From NCBI GenBank assembly GCA_963826525.1, contig CAWGXH010000004.1, forward strand, positions 1,056,001-1,120,000: DNA of 64,000 bases, in the 5' to 3' direction. This document shows positions 30,897 to 40,658 of the stretch, piece after piece. How positions within the stretch are numbered: position 1 is the stretch's first letter; the number at the start of each line of letters is the position of its first letter. This DNA is from an uncultured Methanomicrobiaceae archaeon. Its GTDB lineage: Archaea > Halobacteriota > Methanomicrobia > Methanomicrobiales > Methanoculleaceae. Position numbers and translations under genes: made by a program. The notes below the pieces were generated by a model. The model saw only the letters and a list, made by a program, of their open reading frames with translations, was not told the DNA's origin and searched no databases.

Positions 30897-31217
30897 ATGA
30901 CCTGGTCGTATCGTGTGGTATTCCACCTCGACGAGAGCTACCGGGCGACGACGACACTCGTCAATGTCAGGAACCTGCTCTTGGATCCCGGTGCCGATGC
31001 CGTGGAGGTGAAGGTCGTGGTCTATGCCGACGGGGGATCGGCACGAGGAGATCGTGCGCCGCCCGGCGGAGCAGGGTGTAGCGTTCGCTCTCTGCAGGGG
31101 GAGCCTCGAGACACACGGGCTTACGCTCGATGATGTTCCCGGCTCCGGGTTCGAGTTCGTCTCGTTGGGGGTCGCCGGGCTGGTACGGCTCCTGGATGGA
31201 GCTACATCCGGCCGTGA
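30897..31217 (+). CDS. DsrE-family protein (disrupted, possibly degenerate)
   Basis: RVVFHLDE...NVRNLL, GVAFALC and terminal GWSYIRP, spread over three frames. Confidence 0.55.
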
Positions 31218-31285
31218 CTGCCGCAGGGTGAAAGACTGGAAGAGGTGCCCGGCAACTCCCGGGTTCGTCTCCAGGAAAAAAAATA

Positions 31286-31663
31286 TTACTCGATCAGGAC
31301 TGCGTTGATAACGCCGTCCTGGCCGGGCCGGCTGACGATACGGGCACGGCCGAGCTCGGTCTTGATGATTGCGCCCTTGGTCAGAAGGTTCCGACGAACG
31401 TAGTTCGGGTTCGCGCTGTTTGCCTCGACCGTCTGGATCTGGGCCTTCTTGTTCTCACCGGTTGCGGGGTTCGCGACGGTTGCGTAGGTTGCACGCAGTG
31501 CCCGGACCTTCTGGTTGCCGCCGTAGGTGCGAACGAGTTTTCTGCGGTCCTCACCGATGTGGGTGTCTGCGGGTGCTCTTCCGATCTCTGAGCGTCTCTT
31601 GCTCTGTGACGGGCGGTACCGACCGCCGGTTGCCTTTCGTACTGATCTACCTTGCCACTGCAT
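31286..31663 (-). CDS. rps8e: 30S ribosomal protein S8e
   Basis: MQWQGRSVRKATGG...RTYGGN...SRPGQDGVINAV. Confidence 0.96.
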   Translation of the reverse strand: MQWQGRSVRKATGGRYRPSQSKRRSEIGRAPADTHIGEDRRKLVRTYGGNQKVRALRATYATVANPATGENKKAQIQTVEANSANPNYVRRNLLTKGAIIKTELGRARIVSRPGQDGVINAVLIE

Positions 31664-31770
31664 ATGATGACCACCGTATACTTGTATTGAAGCCTTCCCT
31701 TCCCGGAGGATGGGGAGTACATCGTTAAAGTGCTATAAATGTTCGAATCAAAGCTATTTAACCGTGCTGA

Positions 31771-32418
31771 TCATCCAAGAATTGCGTCGAGCAGTTCCCG
31801 GGTACCGTCGCCGGTCCTGAGGTTCGTCCGGAAGACCGGCATCTCGGGGTTGTAGCGGTGGATGTCCTGCTCCATCCGTTCGACGTTCGCCCCGACGAGT
31901 TCGGCGAGGTCGACCTTGTTGATCACGCCGATGGTGCCCCCCCGGAACATCATCGGGTGCTTGTTCACCACGTCGTCGCCCTCGGTGGAACTGACGATCA
32001 CGATCCGTTTCTCGGCGCCGAGCTGGAAATCCGTCGGGCAGACCATATTCCCTACGTTCTCGATGAAGAGGACGTCGATCTCGTCGAGGGGCAGATGGCT
32101 GATGCCATGCTCGACCAGGTGTGCATCGAGGTGACACTCTTTCCCCGTGTTTGCGTTGACCGCCGGGACGCCGAGCGCGATGATCCTTTTGAAGTCGTCG
32201 TCACCGTATACGTCGCCGGCAATCGCACCGGCACGAATGCCGCGCTCGCGCAAGAGCGGGACAAGCCGCTCGATCAGGGCGGTCTTCCCGGAGCCTATGG
32301 CACCGAGAAGATCGAATGCCCGCACGCCGTGCTCCCGGAGGTTCCGGGCGTTGGCATCTGCAATGCGGTTGTTGACGTCGTAGACGTCCTTCTCGACGTG
32401 GACGTCGATGTGATGCAT
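31771..32418 (-). CDS. hypB: Hydrogenase nickel incorporation GTPase
   Basis: GAIGSGKT, ECHLDA, ENVGNMVCP, TEGDD, NKVD. Confidence 0.95.
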   Translation of the reverse strand: MHHIDVHVEKDVYDVNNRIADANARNLREHGVRAFDLLGAIGSGKTALIERLVPLLRERGIRAGAIAGDVYGDDDFKRIIALGVPAVNANTGKECHLDAHLVEHGISHLPLDEIDVLFIENVGNMVCPTDFQLGAEKRIVIVSSTEGDDVVNKHPMMFRGGTIGVINKVDLAELVGANVERMEQDIHRYNPEMPVFRTNLRTGDGTRELLDAILG

Positions 32419-32470
32419 ACAGATAGATTGATCATGATCTGTTTATAGATTAACGTCCAAAGGGTAGGTA

Positions 32471-32743
32471 ATGAGCCCGGAACGTATCCTGTATCCCTGC
32501 TACTTTGATGCCGCTCTGCTGCGCCGTGAGGGGCGAAGGGTTCCCCGTTCGATGGCCGTTAAGAATCCCACGCTCGCAGACCTCGAAGTGGCGCTCAGAC
32601 AACTGAAGATCGCCTATCAGACGGGCGAGCAGCACCATCCCGGTCACTGGGTGGAGCGCGGGGGCAGAGTCGCCGCCGACTGGAGCGAGAGCAAGGAACT
32701 CCTCATCAAGAGGGTGGCGCAGATCCTGCCGCGCCGGAAGTGA
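32471..32743 (+). CDS. srp19: Signal recognition particle 19 kDa protein
   Basis: LYPCYFD...GRRVP...HP...W...GRV. Confidence 0.9.
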   Translation: MSPERILYPCYFDAALLRREGRRVPRSMAVKNPTLADLEVALRQLKIAYQTGEQHHPGHWVERGGRVAADWSESKELLIKRVAQILPRRK

Positions 32744-32753
32744 GCCTGCCGGC

Positions 32754-33401
32754 ATGTACGATCTTCACACGCACACGATCTACAGCGACGGCGAGCTCCT
32801 TCCTATCGAGCTGGTACGCCGCGCTGCGGTCCTCGGGTATCGCACCCTCGCGATCACCGACCACGCGGACAGCACGAACGTGACCCGGCTGATCGAGGAG
32901 CTCGGGCCGGTGCGGGAGTCCGCTCGCGGGTACGGGGTCGATCTCCTCATCGGCGTGGAGCTGACCCACGTCCCCCCTGCGGAGATCCCGATTCTTGCGC
33001 GGAGAGCAAAGAAGGGGGGCGCCGATATCGTCGTGGTGCACGGCGAGACGACGGTGGAGCCGGTCGCACCGGGGACGAATCGTGCCGCCTGCACCTGCGA
33101 CGATGTCGATCTCCTTGCGCACCCCGGGCTTATCACGCTCGAGGATGCAAGGAATGCGGCGGAGCGCGGGATCGTACTTGAGATCACCGCGCGGGCAGGG
33201 CATAACAGGACGAACGGGCACGTGCTCCGGATTGCACAGAAGGCAGGATGTTCCGTTGCCGTGGATTCGGATGCCCACGCGCCCTCGGATCTGATGACGG
33301 AAGAAGCGAGAAAAATGATTGCGCTCGGGGCAGGGATGACGGAAGCGGAGTGTCTCGCGGCGCTCTCCCTGGACGTCGATCGGATTCTGCATCGGGTCTA
33401 A
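32754..33401 (+). CDS. PHP-domain (histidinol phosphate phosphatase-like) protein
   Basis: DLHTHT-x-YSDG, ITDH, GVELTH, HGET, LAHPG, SDAH. Confidence 0.88.
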   Translation: MYDLHTHTIYSDGELLPIELVRRAAVLGYRTLAITDHADSTNVTRLIEELGPVRESARGYGVDLLIGVELTHVPPAEIPILARRAKKGGADIVVVHGETTVEPVAPGTNRAACTCDDVDLLAHPGLITLEDARNAAERGIVLEITARAGHNRTNGHVLRIAQKAGCSVAVDSDAHAPSDLMTEEARKMIALGAGMTEAECLAALSLDVDRILHRV

Positions 33402-33500
33402 CTATTATTTATACCTTGCAGATAGGTTTTTATACTGTTCTGACATATATATATATGTTGCTCAATATTACCAAGAACAGAGTTATCTAGGGGTTGCAGT

Positions 33501-33725
33501 TTGAAGTTCGTCGGGCGTTCTACAAGTGTTTGTGGTAGTCGCATGTTAATCTTGCGATGTGATGCTGCACAACTCCCGCGTCTGCATGGTGAGGTCGTCG
33601 ATAGGCGATTGAAGCCCGTAGGAAAAGTCGTTGATGTCTTTGGGAATATATCCGCTCCCTACGCCGTAGTTCTTTGCTACAATGACTGTTCCACGCACGT
33701 TGGTGAGAAGATATTTGCAAAATAG
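33501..33725 (+). CDS. gar1: H/ACA RNP protein Gar1/Naf1
   Basis: VGKVVDVFGNI-x-x-PY; conserved position upstream of tfb. Confidence 0.82.
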   Translation: MKFVGRSTSVCGSRMLILRCDAAQLPRLHGEVVDRRLKPVGKVVDVFGNISAPYAVVLCYNDCSTHVGEKIFAK

Positions 33726-33737
33726 GAGAGATTATCC

Positions 33738-34751
33738 ATGACTGAAGTTGAGAAGCTGAAACAGCTGCAGTTGCAGCGTGAGGCCCTGAAGAAGAGGGGG
33801 GAACTGCAGGTAAAAGAGAAGGAGAAGAAGCGCACCGAAGAGACTGTCCAGACGACCTGTCCCGAGTGCGGTAGCCGCCAGCTGGTGCACGACTATGAGC
33901 GCGCGGAGCTCGTCTGCCAGAAGTGCGGCCTTGTCCTTGACGAAGAGTTCATCGACCGCGGCCCCGAGTGGCGTGCATTCGACCATGACCAGCGCATGAA
34001 GCGTTCCCGTGTCGGTGCGCCGATGACCTTCACGATCCACGACAAGGGTCTCTCCACGATGATCGACTGGAGAAACCGCGACTCATACGGTCGGGCCATC
34101 TCCAGCAAGAACCGTGCGCAGCTCTACCGTCTCCGGAAGTGGCAGCGGCGTATCCGGGTCTCGAACGCAACCGAGCGGAACCTCGCGTTCGCGCTCTCCG
34201 AGCTCGACCGGATGGCATCCGCGCTCGGTCTTCCCCGGAACGTCCGTGAGACCGCCGCGGTTGTCTACCGTGACGCCGTGGATAAGAACCTGATCCGCGG
34301 ACGGAGTATCGAGGGTGTCGCCGCGGCAGCGCTGTATGCGGCATGCCGGCAGTGCAGCGTTCCTCGGACGCTCGACGAGATCGCCGAGGTCTCCCGTGTC
34401 TCCCGAAAGGAGATCGGCAGGACGTACCGGTTCATCTCCCGTGAGCTCGGTCTGAAACTCCTCCCGACCTCGCCGATCGACTACGTCCCGCGCTTCTGCT
34501 CCGGGTTAAACCTCAAGGGTGAGGTGCAGAGCCGTGCGGTCGAGATCCTCCGGCAGGCAGGCGAGCGTGAGTTAACGAGCGGCAGAGGCCCAACCGGGGT
34601 TGCTGCGGCCGCGATTTATATCTCCTCCATCCTCGGCGGCGAGCGCCGTACCCAGCGCGAGGTGGCCGAGGTGGCAGGGGTGACTGAGGTCACCATCAGG
34701 AACAGATATAAGGAACTGGCAGAAAAATTAGATATCGAGATCATACTCTGA
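33738..34751 (+). CDS. tfb: Transcription initiation factor IIB
   Basis: CPECG Zn ribbon, GPEWRAF, HDKGLST, two cyclin repeats, TQREVA. Confidence 0.97.
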   Translation: MTEVEKLKQLQLQREALKKRGELQVKEKEKKRTEETVQTTCPECGSRQLVHDYERAELVCQKCGLVLDEEFIDRGPEWRAFDHDQRMKRSRVGAPMTFTIHDKGLSTMIDWRNRDSYGRAISSKNRAQLYRLRKWQRRIRVSNATERNLAFALSELDRMASALGLPRNVRETAAVVYRDAVDKNLIRGRSIEGVAAAALYAACRQCSVPRTLDEIAEVSRVSRKEIGRTYRFISRELGLKLLPTSPIDYVPRFCSGLNLKGEVQSRAVEILRQAGERELTSGRGPTGVAAAAIYISSILGGERRTQREVAEVAGVTEVTIRNRYKELAEKLDIEIIL

Positions 34752-34762
34752 TCTCTTTTCTC

Positions 34763-34834
34763 GGGCTTGTAGATCAGGGGTAGATCGCTACGTTCGCAAC
34801 GTAGAGGCCGCGGGTTCAAATCCCGCCGAGTCCA
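34763..34834 (+). tRNA. tRNA-Ala(CGC)
   Basis: GGGCTTG/CGAGTCC acceptor stem with G3:U70, GATC/GATC D stem, CTACG-TT-CGC-AA-CGTAG, GGTTCAAATCC. Confidence 0.93.
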
Positions 34835-35095
34835 TCGTCTTTCTCTTGAACCGTTCTTCGTGTGCACTTTGGCGACCGTAGGTCGCCGCGGGGTTTCGAA
34901 AGGGGCGGAGCCCCTTCGGTTCGCAAAAGAAGAGGCCGCGGGTTCAAATCCCGCCGAGTCCATCGTCTTTTTCTTGAACTCGTTCTTCGAATGTGCACTT
35001 TGGCGACCGCAGGTCGCCGTGGGGTTTCGAAAGGGGCGGAGCCCCTTCGGTTCGCAAAAGAAGAGGCCGCGGGTTCGAATCCCGCCGAGTCCATC
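34803..35095 (+). repeat. tRNA-linked tandem repeat: two 128/131-bp units, giving three copies of the tRNA-Ala 3' half
   Basis: AGAGGCCGCGGGTTC(A/G)AATCCCGCCGAGTCCATC at 34803, 34931 and 35062; the intervening sequences are near identical and contain two hairpins. Confidence 0.92.
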
Positions 35096-35148
35096 TTATT
35101 TTCGTCTCCGCCGTTATCCGATGACGGGCTATTAAAAAAGAAGTTCGC

Positions 35149-36322
35149 TTATCGCTTCCTCAGCCCTTTTACCGCCCATACGCCGACGCATGCGGCCGCG
35201 CCGATGAACGCTGCCTCTCCTCCCGCCGTCGGGGTCGGGGTGGGGGTGCCTGCCGTCTCTTCAGGCGCCGGTGTCGGCGCCGCCGTCGTCGGAACCGGCC
35301 GCTCCGCCGTTGCAAAGATCAGCGTGCTGTTCCCTGCCGCTGCGGCGAGGGTATCTCCCGGTGCTGCTGAGCGCCACCTCCCTGACGGGTGCGCCTGCCG
35401 GGTACGTCCAGTTCGCCCGGGTCCCGGTGTCGATGAACGAGATCGTGCCGCTCCCCGTCCCTGCCGCAACGGCACCTCCGTTTCGGGAGATGGCAACGGT
35501 TCCGACATCGTCGTCCATTCGCTCCACAAAGATTAGATCCTCGCCGGCACGGAAGAACTGGAGATTGCCGCCCCGGTTTCCGACGACCACGTACCGGCCG
35601 TCACGGGAGAGCGCGATTGCGAGGATAGGCGTGCCGGTGACCTTCAGCCAGGGAAGCCCTCCCTGACGGCTGTAGACGTAGAGGTTGTCGTCGGCGCTCC
35701 CTGCTGCGATGACCGTCCCGTCCGCCGATATCCCTACTGCCGGGACGGTGCCCCGTGCAAGGTTCTCCCAGATGATATTGCCGCGCCGCCCGATGAGCGA
35801 GATCCTGCCGTTATCGGTTCCCACCGCGATATACTGGCCGTCCGACGAGATGGCGACGGAACGAACGGTATCACCCGTCGAGACGTTCCAGAGCGTATCG
35901 CCGAGGAAGGTGTAGAGATGTACCCGGGTGCTCCCGGCCGCTATATACCGGCCGCTCTCGGTGACGGCAACCGACGAGACCGGTGCTTCGGTGGTCTTCG
36001 TCCAGATCGGATCTCCGTTCTCGTCGAGGAGTGTCACGGTGCCGTTTCCCGTCCCGACAGCGGTATAGGCACCGGTATCGGCTACGGCGATCGCACTCAC
36101 GTTCTCTCCGCCTGGATACGTCCACCGGCTGCCCCCGCTCCCGTTCAGGGCGATGACCTCTCCCCCTGCGGTTCCGGCGACGACAGTGCTGCCGTCACCC
36201 GATACCGCCACCGCCGTGACGCTGCTGTTCGCCGCCGTCTCCCCTGCCGCTGCAGCCTGGATCAGGCAGGCGGCGAGCAGGAGACCTGCAAGCATCAGCG
36301 TTCGATTCCTCTTCATTCTCAT
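35149..36322 (-). CDS. Secreted WD40/PQQ-type beta-propeller protein with P/T-rich linker and C-terminal membrane anchor (frameshift near 35350)
   Basis: Signal peptide; repeated V-x-x-VAIS-x-DG-x-YIA-x-G...W blades; PTPAP/TPTPT tail, hydrophobic helix, RKR. Confidence 0.82.
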
Positions 36323-36496
36323 TCCCCCTTTCAGTCTGCCGGACCCTCCCGATGACGGGAGGGGCGAACACTCTGCTGATCCCTTCCTGTTCTATAAAAA
36401 ACATTGTACAAAATGCGATCGGGTGGGTTCCGCTGCTCCGAAGGGTGGAAAGGTATAACGCTCCGGTATGCCTACCGTCTCTCTGGGAAGAGAACC

Positions 36497-36931
36497 ATGA
36501 GCAGAGCAGATGATGCGGTCTCCCGGTTCCGGGAGGGTTCCAGTTGTGCACAGTCGGTAGCCTCGGTCTTCGCGCCCGATCTCGGGCTCTCCGAGGAGCA
36601 GGCACTCCGGGTCTCCTCGGGGTTCGGGGGCGGGATGGGCCAGACCGGCGGGGTGTGCGGGGTAATCTCGGGAGGAATCATGGCTATCGGCCTCCGCTAC
36701 GGGAGCGGGGTGCCGGGAGATAAAGAGGCCCGGGCGAAGACCTACGCAGTTACCGCGGAGTTCATCGGCCGGTTCCGGGAGCGGCACGGGTCGGTTGCCT
36801 GCCCCGATCTCCTCGGGTGCGATCTCTCCGTGCCGGAGGAGCGTGAACGGGCACGCCGACAGAACCTCACCAGGGACGTCTGCCCGGGGTACATCCGCGA
36901 TGCGGTAGAGATTCTCGAAGAACTTCTGTAA
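36497..36931 (+). CDS. C-GCAxxG-C-C family putative redox protein
   Basis: CAQSV, GFGGGMG, CGVISGG, GSVAC, terminal C. Confidence 0.85.
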   Translation: MSRADDAVSRFREGSSCAQSVASVFAPDLGLSEEQALRVSSGFGGGMGQTGGVCGVISGGIMAIGLRYGSGVPGDKEARAKTYAVTAEFIGRFRERHGSVACPDLLGCDLSVPEERERARRQNLTRDVCPGYIRDAVEILEELL

Positions 36932-36938
36932 CCCCTTT

Positions 36939-38120
36939 TTACCCGACGAGGCGGCGGACCGCCTTTCCGAGCCGGTCCATCCCCTCGACGATCATCGCTT
37001 CGCTTGCGTTCGAGAAGTTCAGGCGCATGGCGGTATCGCCGCCGCCGTCGACGTAGAACGCCCGGCCCGGCACGAACGCAACATTCTCGCGAAGCGCAAG
37101 CTCGAGGAGCGCCGTGGTCGAGCAGCCGTCCGGGAGCGTGACCCAGAGGAACATCCCGCCCTCGGGCTTCGTGACCGAGACGCCCTCCGGGAAGTTCTCT
37201 TCGACGCAGGAGAGCATCAGGTCGCGCCTGGTCGTATACTCCCGGATGATGCGCTCGATGTGGGCGTCGAGGTCGTTCACTTCAAGGTACCGGGCGATGA
37301 TCCGCTGGGCGAGGAAGTTCGAGTGGAGGTCGGATGCCTGTTTTGCAACGTTCACCTGCTCGATGATCTCCTGTGGCGCACAGATCCACCCCATCCGCAG
37401 TCCCGGCGTGACTATCTTCGAGAACGACCCGGTGATGATCGTGCTCTCCGGCAGGTATGTCCTGAAGGACGGAAGGCTTCTGCCGTCGAACCGCAGTTCT
37501 CCGTAGGCATCGTCCTCGACGAAGAGGGTATCCGTGCCGGAGAGGAGATTGGCGATCTCTCTCCGCTTCTCTTCCGAGTAGGTGACGCCCGAGGGGTTCT
37601 GGGCGTTCGGGACACCGTAGAAGAACCGGGGGCGGGTGCGCCTGAGCACGCTCTCGAGTTCCTCTGCGTCAGGCCCGTCGCTCTCGAGGGCGACGGTATG
37701 AAACTTTGGCTCGTAGAGGGAGAACGCCTGGATGGCGCCGAGGTAGCCCGGCCGCTCGATGAGAACCGGATCGCCCGGGTCGATGAGCACCTTCCCGATG
37801 AGGTCGAGGCACTGCTGCGACCCGTTCGTGATCAGGATCTCGTCAGGGTCGACGGATAGATTGAGCCTCTCTCTGTAGCGGTCGGCGATGAAGGTGCGGA
37901 GCGGCAGGTAGCCTTCGGTCGTGCTGTACTGGAGGGCGGACTCGCCTGCATGCGTCATGACGTGCTCTGCGGCCGCCCGGAGTTCCTCGACGGCGAAGAG
38001 GGAGGGGCTCGGAAGCCCTCCGGCGAACGAGATGACCTCCGGCCGTTCGGTCGTCTTCAGGATATCGCGGATGAACGATCGCGGGGTCTTCTGCATGCGG
38101 GAAGCAAAGTGGTACGTCAT
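36939..38120 (-). CDS. PLP-dependent class I aminotransferase (LysN/MocR-like)
   Basis: ISFAGGLP, TNGSQQ, QNPSG, EDDAY, SFSKIVTPGLRMGW. Confidence 0.92.
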   Translation of the reverse strand: MTYHFASRMQKTPRSFIRDILKTTERPEVISFAGGLPSPSLFAVEELRAAAEHVMTHAGESALQYSTTEGYLPLRTFIADRYRERLNLSVDPDEILITNGSQQCLDLIGKVLIDPGDPVLIERPGYLGAIQAFSLYEPKFHTVALESDGPDAEELESVLRRTRPRFFYGVPNAQNPSGVTYSEEKRREIANLLSGTDTLFVEDDAYGELRFDGRSLPSFRTYLPESTIITGSFSKIVTPGLRMGWICAPQEIIEQVNVAKQASDLHSNFLAQRIIARYLEVNDLDAHIERIIREYTTRRDLMLSCVEENFPEGVSVTKPEGGMFLWVTLPDGCSTTALLELALRENVAFVPGRAFYVDGGGDTAMRLNFSNASEAMIVEGMDRLGKAVRRLVG

Positions 38121-38124
38121 GGTC

Positions 38125-39231
38125 TCATTCCTCCTCCAGGGGCACGGGGAGACTTTGTTCTCCGGCCGGTGCGTGATACAGAGTTTTCGCTCTCATCCGG
38201 GATAAGGGATTCCGGAGCCGGTATCCCCGGACGAGGTCTCCCGGCCGCGTATTCTTCAGTGCCAGCGCTCTGCTCTCGAGGAGGTTCCACGAGAGGACCG
38301 CGAGCGGGAGGGTCAGGAGGAAGGTCAGGACGGCGAGTGCGGCGACCGAGAGGCGATCCCCTGCATACCAGACGAGCGACTGTTGGATGGGGTATGAGTA
38401 GACATACAGGCCGTAGGAGAAGTCCCCGTGCCGCCCGAAGGCGTGCAGCCCGCCCACAGGGAGGTATGCCGCATACAGGACGAGGTAGGGGACGCAGATG
38501 ATGGAGACGATGTCGTGGTAGGGTGTCAGGGCGGAGAGGACGAGGGCGAGGAGGAGCGGTGCGGCGATCCGGATGTCGTAGACGAGCCGCTCGCGGTTCT
38601 GGTAGAAGTATGCGCCGATGAGGAAGTAGAGGGTGAACCTGACCTTGGCGAGGCTCGGGTCGTCGTACCATGCCATCCAGAGGGCGACGTCGAGGGCTAT
38701 CAGCAGGAGGACGACTCCCTTCCTCCGGAGCAGCCCTGCGATGCCGAGAAGCGCGACCACGCCGTACATCCCGACCTCGACGGGGATCGTCCAGAGCGAG
38801 GCATTTACGTAGGTGACGGGGTTACCGGTGAAGATCCCGATGGCCGAACCGTTCTCAAAGAAGGGGAGCGACGCGAGGGTCTGCCAGGAGAAGACGGTGG
38901 CGATGTACTCCGGCAGCGGAAGGGCCGTCACGAGCGGCCCGACGATGAAGAGCGTGAAGAGGACGGCGGCCACGAGCGCGGGAAAGACCCGGAGAGATCG
39001 CTTCCAGAAGAATCGCGCCGGCGACGCCGTCGTCTCCCAGCTGGCGGAGATGAGGTAGCCGCTGACGACGAAGAGCGCCGCAAGTGCCAGATACCCGAGC
39101 AGAAGGAGCAGGTCGTCCGACCGGATACGGGCGTAGCCGAGCGAGAGCGAGTATGCGTGTGCGATGATCACAACCGTCGCTGCAGCAAACCGCAGAACGT
39201 CGAAGTTGTTCTCATGCCTGCCCGGGCTCAT
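38125..39231 (-). CDS. Acyltransferase family 3 (membrane O-acyltransferase)
   Basis: NNFDVLR...H, FVVSGYLI, KRSLRVFP, NASLWTIPVE, DFSYGLYV. Confidence 0.88.
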   Translation of the reverse strand: MSPGRHENNFDVLRFAAATVVIIAHAYSLSLGYARIRSDDLLLLLGYLALAALFVVSGYLISASWETTASPARFFWKRSLRVFPALVAAVLFTLFIVGPLVTALPLPEYIATVFSWQTLASLPFFENGSAIGIFTGNPVTYVNASLWTIPVEVGMYGVVALLGIAGLLRRKGVVLLLIALDVALWMAWYDDPSLAKVRFTLYFLIGAYFYQNRERLVYDIRIAAPLLLALVLSALTPYHDIVSIICVPYLVLYAAYLPVGGLHAFGRHGDFSYGLYVYSYPIQQSLVWYAGDRLSVAALAVLTFLLTLPLAVLSWNLLESRALALKNTRPGDLVRGYRLRNPLSRMRAKTLYHAPAGEQSLPVPLEEE

Positions 39232-39315
39232 ATACTCACTGGTTTTCCTTCAGTGAATATACATCTCTCTCCTCGCGCCGGGGTGCGGCAGCGGCAACCT
39301 GAAAAATGGTGTGGT

Positions 39316-39744
39316 TCAGTCGGTTGCCGGGAACGACTCCCCTTCTTCCTGCTCCGCGCACGGCAGCGAGAAGTGGGTGAGTGCGCAGAGCCAGCGTTCG
39401 CCCTCGCGCCTGAAGACGGCGGTCATCCTTCCTTCAAGCGCCTCGCTCTTCCCCTCGATCGTCGGGGTGATGGTGCACCGGGCGGCGACCCAGGCGACAT
39501 CCCCCAATCCCGCGACCCGGATATCGTCGAACTCCATCGAGAGCGCCTCGCACTGGATGAAATCCCGCTCGAGCCCGAGCCGGTACTCCTCGAGGTCGGT
39601 GCAGACCTCGTCCGATCCCGACCCGAAGGCGATGAACTCCGGAGCGGTCAGCGCGAGCACTGCGTCAGGGTCGCGGCGGCTGTATGCGGCGCCATATTCT
39701 CTCAGTGCCTCTGTAACTTTCTCGATCGCTTTTTCGTCAAGCAT
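39316..39744 (-). CDS. NTF2/SnoaL-like protein
   Basis: GDVAW, R-x-TAVF, W-x4-HFS. Confidence 0.82.
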   Translation of the reverse strand: MLDEKAIEKVTEALREYGAAYSRRDPDAVLALTAPEFIAFGSGSDEVCTDLEEYRLGLERDFIQCEALSMEFDDIRVAGLGDVAWVAARCTITPTIEGKSEALEGRMTAVFRREGERWLCALTHFSLPCAEQEEGESFPATD

Positions 39745-39865
39745 ACGGGCATTCCTCTCCCGGAGAGATGGATCTTTCCGTGCTTAACTGTTTCCAATTG
39801 TTGAGTTTGCCGGGATGACCTCGCCGTGCATAGTTCAAATACGAGGAGGGACAGTAACCAACCGT

Positions 39866-40657
39866 ATGGACCCGCTTGTCGTTGCCACGTTTGCGATTGT
39901 CATCCTCCTTGAGTTTGCCGTCCCCCTGGGGCTCGGGTGGTGGATAGCCCGCAGGTTCGGGGTGTCCTGGACGATCTTCGGGTACGGTGCCCTCTTCTTC
40001 ATCGTCGTGCAGATATTCCACACGCCCCTCGTCCTCGTCACGCAGGGGCCGCTCACCCTCTTCCTGCTCGAGACCCTGCAGGACATGACGCTCGTCGTTG
40101 CCGTCCTTGCCCTCTACCTCGGCCTGCTTGCGGGGCTCTTCGAGGAGATCGGCCGCTACCTCGTCTTCCGGTACTTCTTTCCGCGCCGGGTGATTCCGCT
40201 TGTCCGGGAGAACGGGCTGATGTTCGGTACCGGGTGGGGCGGTATCGAGAGCATGATCGTCGGCGGTCTTGTCTTCACGACGCTGCTCTCCTATATCGCC
40301 CTCACCTCGGGGGACACGACGCTCCTCACTGCCGACCCTGCCGTCCAGCAGCAGGCGGCCGCCCTCCTCGCCCTGACGCCTCTCGATATCCTGCCCGGCC
40401 TCTTCGAGCGTATCATGACCATCATCCTCCATATCGCCTGGACGCTGATGGTGCTGGCGTCGATCGTCCTCGCACGCCCCGCCCTGCTGGTGCTGGCCAT
40501 CCTCTGGCATGCCGCCGTCGATGCTGCCGTGGTCTACCTCGCGCAGACATCGGGAATCCTCATCGCAGAGGCGTCGCTCTTCGTCTTCGCGGTAATTGGG
40601 GTCGCTTACATCTTCTGGGAGTGGAAGCGCCTCGGCAGGCATCAGGCGGCGGCCTGA
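39866..40657 (+). CDS. YhfC-family glutamic-type intramembrane protease
   Basis: AGLFEEIGR, GWGGIES, ER-x6-H, WHAAVD. Confidence 0.85.
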   Translation: MDPLVVATFAIVILLEFAVPLGLGWWIARRFGVSWTIFGYGALFFIVVQIFHTPLVLVTQGPLTLFLLETLQDMTLVVAVLALYLGLLAGLFEEIGRYLVFRYFFPRRVIPLVRENGLMFGTGWGGIESMIVGGLVFTTLLSYIALTSGDTTLLTADPAVQQQAAALLALTPLDILPGLFERIMTIILHIAWTLMVLASIVLARPALLVLAILWHAAVDAAVVYLAQTSGILIAEASLFVFAVIGVAYIFWEWKRLGRHQAAA

Positions 40658-40658
40658 T

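Noticed and set aside
31664-31730. C/D box sRNA (ATGATGA) beside rps8e
   Set aside because: No well-placed CTGA D box; it lies antisense to the rps8e leader.
34803-35095. CRISPR array or additional intact tRNA genes
   Set aside because: The intervening sequences are near identical rather than unique spacers, and the copies lack the 5' acceptor strand and D arm.
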